Source: an uncultured Anaerolinea sp.
Lineage (GTDB): Bacteria; Chloroflexota; Anaerolineae; Anaerolineales; Villigracilaceae
NCBI GenBank assembly: GCA_964372045.1
Contig: CAYJPO010000012.1
Coordinates: 517-64,516, forward strand
Reading direction: 5' to 3'
Length of the DNA stretch: 64,000 nucleotides
Both the position numbers and the translations under genes were made by a program. How positions within the stretch are numbered: position 1 is the stretch's first letter; every line of letters begins with the position of its first letter. The notes under the pieces were generated by a model. The model made no database searches and was not told the DNA's origin. It was given only the letters and a program-made list of their open reading frames with translations. Of the stretch, positions 8,741 through 17,932 are shown piece after piece.

Positions 8741-9676
8741 ATGAAATGCAGAAAATGTGGCGGCAAAGCCTCCGTCAACATGCGCCAGCACAGGCTGGCA
8801 TTGTGCAAGGAACATTTTCTTGAATGGATCCCCGAACAGACCGAACGCTTCATCAAGAAATATCATATGTTCACCCTCGACGAAAAGATCCTCGTGGCGG
8901 TTTCGGGCGGCAAGGATTCGCTTTCCCTCTGGGATATTCTTGCGCGGCTCGGCTATCAGGCTGACGGTCTCTATCTCGGTCTTGGCATCGATGGGGGCAT
9001 CGAGTACTCTCACGAATCCCAACGCTTGACAGAAAAGTTCGCGCAGGAGCATGGGCTAAAATTGCATGTTGTCGATATCGAAAAGGAATATGGACAGTCC
9101 ATTCCGATGCTGGCGCAGATCAGCCACCGTGGACATGGGAAGCCATGCGCCGTTTGTGGGTTGGCAAAACGCCATGAGATGAACCGCATCGCGCGCGACC
9201 TCGGGTATGACGTTCTCGCCACCGGGCATAATCTCGATGACGAGGCGGCTGTCTTGTTCGGGAACACCATGCAATGGTCCAGTGATTATTTGCTTCGTCA
9301 GGGTCCCGTCCTGCCTGCTTCGGATGGCTTGGCGCGCAAGGTCAAGCCGTTGTGCCGTTTCTATGAACGCGAGATGACCGCCTACGCTCTGGCGCGTGGG
9401 ATCGAATACATCTACGAAGAATGTCCGTTTGCAGAGGGGTCACAGCAGATCTACTATAAGGAAGCGCTGAATCAATTGGAGACATCGCGTCCCGGGACCA
9501 AGCTGACATTTTATGTCAGGTTTTTGGATGCGAAACGCAGCGGGGATCTATTTCTGGAAGAATCACCGGGTAAAGAGCATCTGCATGCCTGTTTGCAATG
9601 CGGACAAGCCACATCCGCGCCGGGGTTGTGTTCATTTTGCAGACTGCTTGAAAAAGCAAAAACCCAAACCGAATAA
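8741..9676 (+). CDS. ttuA: tRNA 2-thiolation enzyme TtuA/Ncs6 family (PP-loop)
   Basis: N- and C-terminal Zn-finger CxxC pairs, SGGKDS PP-loop, CAVC, TGHNLDD and ECPFA motifs. Confidence 0.85.
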   Translation: MKCRKCGGKASVNMRQHRLALCKEHFLEWIPEQTERFIKKYHMFTLDEKILVAVSGGKDSLSLWDILARLGYQADGLYLGLGIDGGIEYSHESQRLTEKFAQEHGLKLHVVDIEKEYGQSIPMLAQISHRGHGKPCAVCGLAKRHEMNRIARDLGYDVLATGHNLDDEAAVLFGNTMQWSSDYLLRQGPVLPASDGLARKVKPLCRFYEREMTAYALARGIEYIYEECPFAEGSQQIYYKEALNQLETSRPGTKLTFYVRFLDAKRSGDLFLEESPGKEHLHACLQCGQATSAPGLCSFCRLLEKAKTQTE

Positions 9677-9679
9677 CAA

Positions 9680-10669
9680 TTATCGCAAAAGGGTTGTGAC
9701 CAGCCCAACCAGGAATAGACCGGCGGCGACGTATCCCGCCACTTGTTCCGGTGTGACGATATTGAACTGCGGCAGTTCGAATCCGAACCGGTCTGCGGGT
9801 GCGATCTGCGGCGTGTCCCTTTTTCCGATCAGCGCGTCGCGGAAGATCATCACGTTGGTGGGGCGGTCATCCGGGTGGAGTGCCATTGCCCATAAGGTCG
9901 CCTTTTCCATCTGAAGGCTGAGGTGTGGATTTATATCCCTGGGCGGCACCAGGCTGCGGGGATTTAAGAAGCGCTTGCGTACTTCTGCAGGCGGCTCATT
10001 CGTCAATAAATGGTAGAGCGTTGCGCCGAAGGAGAAAATATCAGCTCGCGCATCAGTATGGGTGTCATCACCGCCGTATTGTTCCAACGGTGTGTACAGC
10101 GCGGTCCCCTGACCGTGGATGACCGTGATCGTCACTTCATCCGGCGCCATGATCTTTACCAGACCGAAATCCACCAGTTTGACCAGTCCGCTCGGGGTGA
10201 TCTTGATGTTGCTGGGCTTGATATCGCGATGAATGATGGGCGGGTCTTGATGGTGAAGATAATTCAACGCATCGGCAATTTGCATTGCCCAGCGCATGAC
10301 CTCTTTTTCAGAAAGGAAGGTCTGATGCCGGCGGGCGTCTTGCATCAATTGGCGCATATCCTTGCCGGGTACAAAATCCATGACAAGGTAGTCGCGGGTC
10401 AGGATCGAAAAGTAATCGGAGACTTTTGGCAGGTTGGGGTGGTCGAGGCGCGCAAGAACAGAGGCTTCGCGAAAGAATTGTTCGCGCGCCTGATTCAAAA
10501 GTTCATTTGGGAGAACCTGGTTGTGTTCCACTTCCTTGAGCGCGCAAAGGCGTCCCTGCAAGCGGGTATCTTCGGCAAGATAAATATTGCCGGTTCCACC
10601 CTGCCCAATCAGCTCACGGATCTTATAGCGGTCACGCAGGGTCTCCCCGTTCTCTAACGAATGGGGCAA
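9680..10669 (-). CDS. Hanks-type Ser/Thr protein kinase with C-terminal TM helix
   Basis: IGQGGTG, ALKE, HRDIKPSN, KLVDFG, GTALYTPLEQ and DIFSFG motifs; hydrophobic C-terminus; TTG start with SD. Confidence 0.93.
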   Translation of the reverse strand: MPHSLENGETLRDRYKIRELIGQGGTGNIYLAEDTRLQGRLCALKEVEHNQVLPNELLNQAREQFFREASVLARLDHPNLPKVSDYFSILTRDYLVMDFVPGKDMRQLMQDARRHQTFLSEKEVMRWAMQIADALNYLHHQDPPIIHRDIKPSNIKITPSGLVKLVDFGLVKIMAPDEVTITVIHGQGTALYTPLEQYGGDDTHTDARADIFSFGATLYHLLTNEPPAEVRKRFLNPRSLVPPRDINPHLSLQMEKATLWAMALHPDDRPTNVMIFRDALIGKRDTPQIAPADRFGFELPQFNIVTPEQVAGYVAAGLFLVGLVTTLLR

Positions 10670-10710
10670 ATCTTCTCCTATGTTTTCCTGCGGGTGGACC
10701 TCTGTGAAGC

Positions 10711-10755
10711 AGTGATATTTTCGGCGTGTATCACTTTGTAAACAGAGATGTTTAC
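10711..10755. promoter_or_regulatory. Two palindromes in the divergent kinase/FHA-regulator intergenic region
   Basis: AGTGATA-N11-TATCACT (10711-10735) and GTAAACA-N4-TGTTTAC (10738-10755). Confidence 0.4.
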
Positions 10756-10885
10756 TATTACAATTTAATTATGCACAGAAATCCACTTTTCTGCTATATT
10801 ATAAACGCCTTTCGTGCTGTGGAACATGATGTGCGGGACGAGGTTTAGACCCTGAATGATTTCAAAATTGATATTTGAGGAAACT

Positions 10886-11542
10886 ATGGAAAACGACGGT
10901 GATTATCCCATTCTTGTCGCGCAAGAAGGTCCGCTCAAGGGTCAACGTTGGGCGCTGGATCACGCCTTGATGATAGGTCGTGACCCGACTTGTGATATTT
11001 CCCTTCCGGATCGTCAGGTTTCCCGTTTCCATGCGCGGATCATCCCAACCCCCGAAGGTGTGACGATTGAAGACCTTGGAAGCAAGAATGGCACCAACCA
11101 TAACGGCACGGAACTAACGACTCCGATCATGCTGCAAGATGGTGACCTGCTTGGGATCGCGCTTGCACAGCAATTCGTTTTTCTCACATCCGATGCGACC
11201 ATGCCGCTTGCCGAAGGCGGAATCCGCTCGGGTCGTTTGTTGATGGATCAAAAATCGCGTCAGGTGTGGGTCAACCAGCAGCAGCTTGCGCCGCCCTTAT
11301 CCGCCCAGCAGTTCAAACTGCTTTGGATGTTGTATGAGCGTCAGGGTCAGGTCGTGACCCGCAGTGACCTTGTTTCGGTCGTGTGGGGCGAGGAGCAAAT
11401 GGCGGGCGTCTCCGATCAGGCTTTGGATGCCCTGATCCGCCGCCTGCGTGACCGGCTGGCTGTTCTCGATCCGAGCCATCAATACATCAACACAGTGCGT
11501 GGGCATGGATTGCAGTTGGATAATCCAGTGATGGGTGAATGA
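10886..11542 (+). CDS. FHA domain + OmpR/PhoB-type winged-helix DNA-binding regulator
   Basis: FHA motifs IGRD, VSRFHA, DLGSKNGT; C-terminal LSAQQFKLL, LVSVVW, LIRRLRDRL, TVRGHG; start at ATG 10886 behind GAGGA. Confidence 0.88.
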   Translation: MENDGDYPILVAQEGPLKGQRWALDHALMIGRDPTCDISLPDRQVSRFHARIIPTPEGVTIEDLGSKNGTNHNGTELTTPIMLQDGDLLGIALAQQFVFLTSDATMPLAEGGIRSGRLLMDQKSRQVWVNQQQLAPPLSAQQFKLLWMLYERQGQVVTRSDLVSVVWGEEQMAGVSDQALDALIRRLRDRLAVLDPSHQYINTVRGHGLQLDNPVMGE

Positions 11543-12021
11543 CAGGTATGGATGCTCAATCAGAAAAAGTCCTTGCTCAACTGATCCGCAATACGCGCAT
11601 CGCGACCCTCGGAACCATGCGTGACGAGATGCCGCGCGTTTCCATGGTGGCATATATTGCTGCCGATGATTTTTCCGCGTTCTATATTTTTGTCAGCCGC
11701 CTTGCCCAGCACACGTTGGATATGCAAAAGGATAAACGGGTCAGCCTGTTGATCTGTGAGACCGACGATGGACGACCCGATCCGCAAACGCTTGCGCGCG
11801 TATCCATCCGCGGCAATGCGGAGCTGATCGAAACGGGGGAGCCGGGCTATACACCGCTCAAAGCGAGCTATCTGGCGCGTTTCCCTGAATCGGAAAAAGT
11901 ATTCGGGCTTGGCGACTTTAATTTCTGGCGCATTGTCCCCAAAGGCGGACGGTACGTGGCGGGATTTGCCAAAGCGTACAACATTGCACCTGAAACTCTC
12001 AAGAAATCCTCAATTCGATAA
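11539..12021 (+). CDS. Pyridoxamine 5'-phosphate oxidase-like split-barrel protein (HugZ/HutZ-like)
   Basis: ATLGT, PRVSMV, SRLAQHT, RVSLL, RYVAGF motifs. Confidence 0.8.
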   Translation: MTGMDAQSEKVLAQLIRNTRIATLGTMRDEMPRVSMVAYIAADDFSAFYIFVSRLAQHTLDMQKDKRVSLLICETDDGRPDPQTLARVSIRGNAELIETGEPGYTPLKASYLARFPESEKVFGLGDFNFWRIVPKGGRYVAGFAKAYNIAPETLKKSSIR

Positions 12022-12035
12022 TTCCAATTTCCCCG

Positions 12036-12851
12036 ATGCCTATGAAAACGCTGAAACTGCTTGCCGTATTTGCTCACCCGGATGATGAATCCATGGGAAT
12101 GGGTGGGACTCTCGCGAAGTATGCCGCCGATGGAGTGGAGACGCATCTCGTCTGCGCCTCACGCGGGGAGCGGGGCTGGTTCGGTCCCGAGGAAGAGAAT
12201 CCAGGCTTTGAGCGACTCGGCCAGGTCCGCACCGCCGAGTTGGAGAACGCGGTCAGAGAACTAGGCATGACCAGCCTCTCCTTCCTCGGCTACATCGACG
12301 GGGACGTGGATAAAGCCGATCATGCCAACGCCATCGAAAAGATCGTCACTCACATCCGCCGCATTCAACCGCAGGTGGTTGTCACGTTCCCGCACGATGG
12401 GAATTATGGTCATCCCGACCATATCGCCATCGGACAATTCACCAACGCCGCCATCGTCTGCGCCGCGGATGCCGGGTACATCGACCCGGAGAACCTCCCT
12501 TCGCACCGCGTTTCAAAACTTTACTACATGGTGGATAGCGAAACGTTCGTCAATCTCATTACGCCGTTCATGGGCGATATGACCTTCCCGGTGGATGACC
12601 AGATCCGCGGCGAATCTCCGTGGAAAGAGTGGATGATCACCACCCGCATCGACACGGCAGAGCATTGTCCCACTGCCTGGCGGGCGATCATGTGCCACCA
12701 AAGTCAATTACCCACATTGGGTGCGCTCGCCAAAATGCATCCCGACGCTGCATCCGCTGTGCTGGCAATGCAAGGAACGTTTTTCAGGTCGTTTAGTGTA
12801 GTGAATGGGGGCAGGGATTTGGAAACGGACTTGTTTGAAGGACTGAAGTAA
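12036..12851 (+). CDS. PIG-L/LmbE family deacetylase (MshB/Mca/BshB-like)
   Basis: AHPDDE, GERG, YGHPDH and HQSQ motifs. Confidence 0.9.
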   Translation: MPMKTLKLLAVFAHPDDESMGMGGTLAKYAADGVETHLVCASRGERGWFGPEEENPGFERLGQVRTAELENAVRELGMTSLSFLGYIDGDVDKADHANAIEKIVTHIRRIQPQVVVTFPHDGNYGHPDHIAIGQFTNAAIVCAADAGYIDPENLPSHRVSKLYYMVDSETFVNLITPFMGDMTFPVDDQIRGESPWKEWMITTRIDTAEHCPTAWRAIMCHQSQLPTLGALAKMHPDAASAVLAMQGTFFRSFSVVNGGRDLETDLFEGLK

Positions 12852-12888
12852 AAAGAGAAGGTCACTTTTGAGGTGACCTTCTCTTTTT
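12850..12888. terminator. Bidirectional intrinsic terminator
   Basis: Stem aaaaagagaaggtcac/gtgaccttctcttttt. Confidence 0.9.
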
Positions 12889-14239
12889 AGCTCATATTCT
12901 TCTTCATCGAGATCTTTAGCGCCACCTTGTAGATCTCGCCCAATTTCTCGCCCATCGCCTTCGCTTCGGGATTATCTCCCTGCGATTCCATTTGAGTGGT
13001 CAAGCCTGTCAGCGTATCCAGCAATTGCTGGGTAACCATTGCCTCGTTCTGCGTAAGCGCGGACTCGATGGTCGCGGCATCTGGCAGTTGGATCAACTGC
13101 TCGATGAAGCTGATCTCCGGCGGAGCGCTTGCGGCTTGCAGGACCTGCATCATTTTTTGCAGTTTTCCCATACGGGCATAGTCGTTCGTCTCAGAGGCTT
13201 TCCGCAGCAGTTGATTGGCGATATCCACAGAATCCTGGGTGAAGTTTTCGAGGTTGTCGGTCACGGCTTTCTCGATGTCATCCTGTGCCAGCAAAGTTTC
13301 GATGAATTCCTGTGACTGCTTATAACGCGCTTCGAGCTGCTTATCCATCTCATCCACATATTTCAACAGCTTTTCGCGGATGCCTTCCAATCTTGTCTTT
13401 TCGTCTCCGGTCACCTTGTCGATGCGCTCGCTCAAGGTCTGGAAGAAGACGTAGTCCATGCCGCCGCGCGCCAGCGAAACATAAGCGCGGACTCGCGCAT
13501 CGCTTGTTGATTCGAGCACGAAGTCCAGCAGTTTTTCGCGGGTAAGTTCCTTGCCTGCATCCTGGAGGACCTTTTGCGCGGCTTCCAACTCGCCAACGGA
13601 TTCCTTCAATTGACGGCCGTATTCGGTCTCTTCGAGCAGTTGGGTCTGGATGTCGATCAGTACGCGCGCGACCGGTTCCTGTCCGCCGCTCATGGCGCTT
13701 TGCGCGATGCGGCTGAACAACGCGAAGAACTGTTCGTCGATGATCCTGGCGTTCTGCTTGATCAACTCCGAGCGGACATCCTTCGTTGTCACCTGCATCA
13801 AGCGCTCGATGAACTGCACCCGTTCCTGCTGCTGTTTAAGCATTTCAGGCGTGATCCCGTCCTTGCCCAAAATGGTCTCCAGCATCGATTCATACGTCAG
13901 GTTGGCTTGAGGCTTGAGTAAATATGCCTTGCGTTTTTCGGGCGGCAGCCGGTCGGTCACCTGCTTGATGAGCGGACCGATCATCCGTTCCTGTTCGTTC
14001 AGGGGCAATCCCAACTCGGAGGGGAAGAAGGTCAAAAGTAATTCCTTCTCGTTGTCGTGATACACCACCGGCGTGGCGAGCCTGCCTTGATAGCCGCAGT
14101 ACGGACAGCGCGCGTGGTTGGACTGTCCGCTCATCAAGCGTTGCTTGGCTTGCGGGTCAGCCGTCACATCGAACAACTGCTCGACGTTGGCAGGGATCAT
14201 CTGTTTACAGCGTGGACATGCGATTTGAGTTTGAGGCAT
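12887..14239 (-). CDS. CpXC-domain protein with long helical C-terminal region
   Basis: CPRC...CPYCG pairs, then YHDNEKELLL; remainder alpha-helical; start MPQTQ at 14239. Confidence 0.8.
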   Translation of the reverse strand: MPQTQIACPRCKQMIPANVEQLFDVTADPQAKQRLMSGQSNHARCPYCGYQGRLATPVVYHDNEKELLLTFFPSELGLPLNEQERMIGPLIKQVTDRLPPEKRKAYLLKPQANLTYESMLETILGKDGITPEMLKQQQERVQFIERLMQVTTKDVRSELIKQNARIIDEQFFALFSRIAQSAMSGGQEPVARVLIDIQTQLLEETEYGRQLKESVGELEAAQKVLQDAGKELTREKLLDFVLESTSDARVRAYVSLARGGMDYVFFQTLSERIDKVTGDEKTRLEGIREKLLKYVDEMDKQLEARYKQSQEFIETLLAQDDIEKAVTDNLENFTQDSVDIANQLLRKASETNDYARMGKLQKMMQVLQAASAPPEISFIEQLIQLPDAATIESALTQNEAMVTQQLLDTLTGLTTQMESQGDNPEAKAMGEKLGEIYKVALKISMKKNMS

Positions 14240-14249
14240 TTCAATTTCC

Positions 14250-14330
14250 GATTTACGATTTTTTGATTTACGAATTACGCACCACGTTTCACGCAATGCG
14301 CAACTACCTAACTACTAAACTACCTGACTA
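14250..14330. repeat. Intergenic degenerate short tandem repeats
   Basis: GATTTACGA x2-3 (14250-14280) and AACTAC(C)T x3-4 (14302-14330). Confidence 0.6.
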
Positions 14331-14332
14331 AA

Positions 14333-16141
14333 TTACCCGATCAATTCTTCCAACCGGTCGATGTAGCTTTCCATCACAGCAAAGGTTTCTTCCACCGGCT
14401 TCGGGGTGGTGAGGTCGACACCTGCACCCTTCAAAACCTCAAGGGGATATTTCGAAGAACCGGATTTGAGGAAGCCCAGATAATTTTCCGCCGCATTCGG
14501 TTCGCCGCGCAAAACTCGTCCTGCCAGCGCATGCGCACCGGAGATGCCGGTGGCATAGGCATACACGTAGTAATCCTGGAAGAGATGCGAGAATGTTGAC
14601 CAGACCATGCCCACGCGCGGACGATCCACTTTCACCTTGGGACCAAATCCCTCGGTGAACAGATCCGCCATCAGGTCCTGCATTGAATCGGCGGTCAGTG
14701 GTTCTCCGCGTTCGGCGCGTTGATGCGTTTCCAGTTCGAAGCGCGCCAGGGTCGGCATCTGGAAGAAGTAGCGGAAGAAGTTCCCGCCCACGGCTTCTTC
14801 GATCAAAGAGATCAGGAAGTTCTTGTCGGTGATGGTCTTGAGCAGGTGTCCGCGCATCATCGCCTGGTTGAAGTTCGAAGCGACTTCCGCGACGAAGAGC
14901 GAGTACCCGGAGTAGGCGAAGGGCTGATTCTTCCACGTCAGGTATGAGTGCATGGAATGACCGAGTTCATGCGCCAATGTGCTCATGCTGCCGATATCGT
15001 TGGTGAACGACATCATGATGAACGGATGAGTATCCGTCGAGCCGTAGGAGAACGCGCCGTTCATCTTCCCGGCGTTCACTGCCGAATCCACCCAGCGGTC
15101 TTTGAGACAACCCTGACGTAGTGTGCTGACGTACTCCTTGCCGAGCGGGGCGAGGCTGTCGCTGATCAGGTCAACCGCTTTTTCGAAGGAGATGGGGGTC
15201 TTCTTCTTTGCGATCGGCGCCCACATATCGTAGTATTGAATGTCCTTCAACTTCAATGCCTTGCGGCGCAGTTCGAAGTAGCGGTGCCAGACGGGCAGCT
15301 TCTTCTTGAAGGTGTTGATGAGGTTGTGGAATACTTCGACGGGAATGTTGTTGTTGAACATCGACGCCGCAAGTGTGGAATCGAATTTGCGCGCGCGCAT
15401 GTTGAATACGTTCGCGCTGATGGAGGAAGAAAGATTGGTGGCAAGCGTGTTCTTGAACTCGATATGTTTGTCTTGATAGTTATTGAACGCGGTTTGGCGC
15501 ACTTTTCGGTCGGGGTGTTCCAGCAGGGTGGAGTAGAAATTGCCCTGGGTCACATCGATCTTCTTACCTTTGCTGTCTTCCGCGGGGGCAAATTTGAAAT
15601 CCGCGTTGACCAGCATGCTGGTGCTGGTGGAAGGTCCGCCGAACGGGTCTGAAAGCATCCCGAGGATCTCTTCCACTTCTCCCGAGCGGACGTGCGCCTG
15701 CTGGCGGAAGAGGTCATCGATGGTCTGGCGATAGACCGCGAGTTTGGGATTCGCCTTCATCCAGGATTCAAGCTTTTTGTTACCGATCTTCAGCAGTTCG
15801 GGGTTTACGAAGGAGACGGCGGCAAAGACCTGACCGAACATCCCCTGTGCCTTCCCGATCATCGCGGCAGACGCCTGGTTGGTCGTGTCGACCGCGTACT
15901 CGAACTGCGCATACATGAAGATCGTTTGTGCGCGGCGGATCAGGTCTTCCACTGCAGCCATTCCCTTTAATAAGGCGGCAGGGCTTTCTCCCAATTTGCC
16001 TTCATATTTTTTTACCTTGGGAACATCGTTCATGACAGACTGCAGAGCGGCTTCCCATTCTTTCTGGGACTTGAACACGCTTTCGGAATTCCATGTATAT
16101 TTCTTTTCCGCCTTGGTTCGGGGAGGTACGGTGTTGGACAT
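14333..16141 (-). CDS. pepF: Oligoendopeptidase F (M3B)
   Basis: YTWNSESVF, GAFSYG, PFIMMSF, TLAHELGHSMH, YVYAYATG motifs. Confidence 0.95.
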   Translation of the reverse strand: MSNTVPPRTKAEKKYTWNSESVFKSQKEWEAALQSVMNDVPKVKKYEGKLGESPAALLKGMAAVEDLIRRAQTIFMYAQFEYAVDTTNQASAAMIGKAQGMFGQVFAAVSFVNPELLKIGNKKLESWMKANPKLAVYRQTIDDLFRQQAHVRSGEVEEILGMLSDPFGGPSTSTSMLVNADFKFAPAEDSKGKKIDVTQGNFYSTLLEHPDRKVRQTAFNNYQDKHIEFKNTLATNLSSSISANVFNMRARKFDSTLAASMFNNNIPVEVFHNLINTFKKKLPVWHRYFELRRKALKLKDIQYYDMWAPIAKKKTPISFEKAVDLISDSLAPLGKEYVSTLRQGCLKDRWVDSAVNAGKMNGAFSYGSTDTHPFIMMSFTNDIGSMSTLAHELGHSMHSYLTWKNQPFAYSGYSLFVAEVASNFNQAMMRGHLLKTITDKNFLISLIEEAVGGNFFRYFFQMPTLARFELETHQRAERGEPLTADSMQDLMADLFTEGFGPKVKVDRPRVGMVWSTFSHLFQDYYVYAYATGISGAHALAGRVLRGEPNAAENYLGFLKSGSSKYPLEVLKGAGVDLTTPKPVEETFAVMESYIDRLEELIG

Positions 16142-16279
16142 TGAATTTTCCTTTTATATGTAGAAATTATCTTGCATGGAGTATTTGCAGGATAACGCCT
16201 GCCGGTTGATGTTTGACTTCCAAAATAATGAAGAGATTTTACCTGTACATCCCCCGCTTTGGGAGACCCCAAAGGAGGA

Positions 16280-17830
16280 TCATCGCGGAAGGGAGAAACA
16301 GATCCGGGCGCCAGAATCAGGTACCGGGTCCGCCCAGATGCGACCGCCGTGCGCTTCCACGATGGCGCGCGCGAGGTAGAGTCCCAGTCCGGCTCCCTTC
16401 GTCTGTTTGACGGCATTGGTCGAGCGGTAAAAGCGGTCAAAGATGTGCGGCAGGTCCTTGGCTTCGATGCCGGGTCCTTCGTCGCTCACGCACAGGACGA
16501 CCTGATCGGATCGGACACTGCCGCTGATCTTGATCTCGCCCTTGGGCGTGTACTTCAACGCATTGGAAACGAGATTGGAAAGCACCTGCTCCAGGCGGTT
16601 TTCATCGCCGAGGATGATCGGAAAATTATGCGGGAACTCGGCGAGGAGATGATGCTTGGGCGCCTGGGATGCGAACCGTTCGATCACTCTCGACGCAAGG
16701 TTGGGCAATGAGACATCAGCCTGATTCAAGCTGAGACCTCCCGCTTGCAGCCGCGAAGCGTCGAGCAGGTCATCGATCATCTTGGACAGGCGGTCCGCCT
16801 CTTCTTCGATGACGGCGAGTGAATCGCTCATGGTGCGTTTGTCCCAGCGGGCATCGTCGCGCCGCAATGTGGAAGCGTATCCTTTGATCAGCGCGACCGG
16901 TGTGCGAAGTTCATGGCTGACGATGGAAATGAAGGTCGCTTTGATCTCATCGGCAGTTCGGAAGTGGGTGATGTCGCGCACGCTGACGATGACGTTGCGG
17001 AGTTTGCCTTCTTCCGAAAGCAGCGGCGCATACGTGATGCCGACAGGAATGGGCGGCGGGAGGGGTCTGTTGAGGTCGCCTTCCACATACAGGCTTGCAT
17101 TGGGTGTAAGGGGCCAGCCGTTCGCGAAGGATTCTTCGAGGGTGTTGCCTTGCGGTTCCTTCTTCCAGGCGATGACCTCTTCATGACTTCGCCCCGCGAT
17201 CTCCTCACGCGATTGCCCGAAGAGTTTGCTGAAGGCTTCGTTGCAGCGCTCGATGTTCAACTGCGAATCGAGGATCAGAATGCCGTCCGCGGCGGAGTCG
17301 AGCAACGCATCGAGCCGCTTCTTTTCGTATGTGACCTGACCATATAACTGCGCGTTGAAAACGGCGATGGCAGCCTGGTCTGCGAAGGATTGCAGGAGGA
17401 TACGGTCGTTGGGGGTGAAGAGGTCGGGATAATTACGGAAGATGAAAATAACGCCGATGACTTGTCCGTGTGCGGCGAGGGGCAGACCCGTGCCGTTGAG
17501 GATTCCCCGGCTGGCGGTGTAGGTCATCTCTTTTAACATGCGGTTGAGTTCGAGCACATCCAACTCGCGGACTTTCTCTTCGGCGAGCAGCGGGGTCAGG
17601 TAGGAGAGAAACGCCGGGGCAATGCCGTGTGCCGCAACAACCCGCCAGCCATCCGCGTGTTTAAGCGCAATAAGCCCAGCCTGCCCCGCCAGCATCTCGA
17701 TGGAGATGCGCAAAATGCGCGCCAGCAATTTTTCCAGGTCTAGTTCCTGGGTGAGCGCGCGCGAGATCTCAAGCAGATAATCGCGTTGACGGACGCGAAA
17801 ATCGGGGAGCATGGAGGGAATGATGGACAT
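16280..17830 (-). CDS. Cytoplasmic sensor histidine kinase (GAF-PAS-HisKA-HATPase)
   Basis: SHELRTP H-box, NLVSNALKY, DEGPGI, GAGLGL; GAF and PAS upstream; TGaTAAAAT-N7-ATG supports a leaderless start at 17830. Confidence 0.92.
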   Translation of the reverse strand: MSIIPSMLPDFRVRQRDYLLEISRALTQELDLEKLLARILRISIEMLAGQAGLIALKHADGWRVVAAHGIAPAFLSYLTPLLAEEKVRELDVLELNRMLKEMTYTASRGILNGTGLPLAAHGQVIGVIFIFRNYPDLFTPNDRILLQSFADQAAIAVFNAQLYGQVTYEKKRLDALLDSAADGILILDSQLNIERCNEAFSKLFGQSREEIAGRSHEEVIAWKKEPQGNTLEESFANGWPLTPNASLYVEGDLNRPLPPPIPVGITYAPLLSEEGKLRNVIVSVRDITHFRTADEIKATFISIVSHELRTPVALIKGYASTLRRDDARWDKRTMSDSLAVIEEEADRLSKMIDDLLDASRLQAGGLSLNQADVSLPNLASRVIERFASQAPKHHLLAEFPHNFPIILGDENRLEQVLSNLVSNALKYTPKGEIKISGSVRSDQVVLCVSDEGPGIEAKDLPHIFDRFYRSTNAVKQTKGAGLGLYLARAIVEAHGGRIWADPVPDSGARICFSLPR

Positions 17831-17932
17831 TTTAAGAATTTTATCACTGGAAATTTATTCGATTGTTTTAAAGTTGTAAGAATTTACCCCGATCTACGTG
17901 GGCGTTATAATCAAAGCAGCAGGAGAAGAGTG

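Noticed and set aside
17786-17932. N-terminal extensions given by the ORF track (also 19511, 41186, 50564, 6844, 14296)
   Set aside because: They overlap neighbouring genes or promoters; downstream ATGs have an SD or -10 signal and give proper signal peptides or family N-termini.
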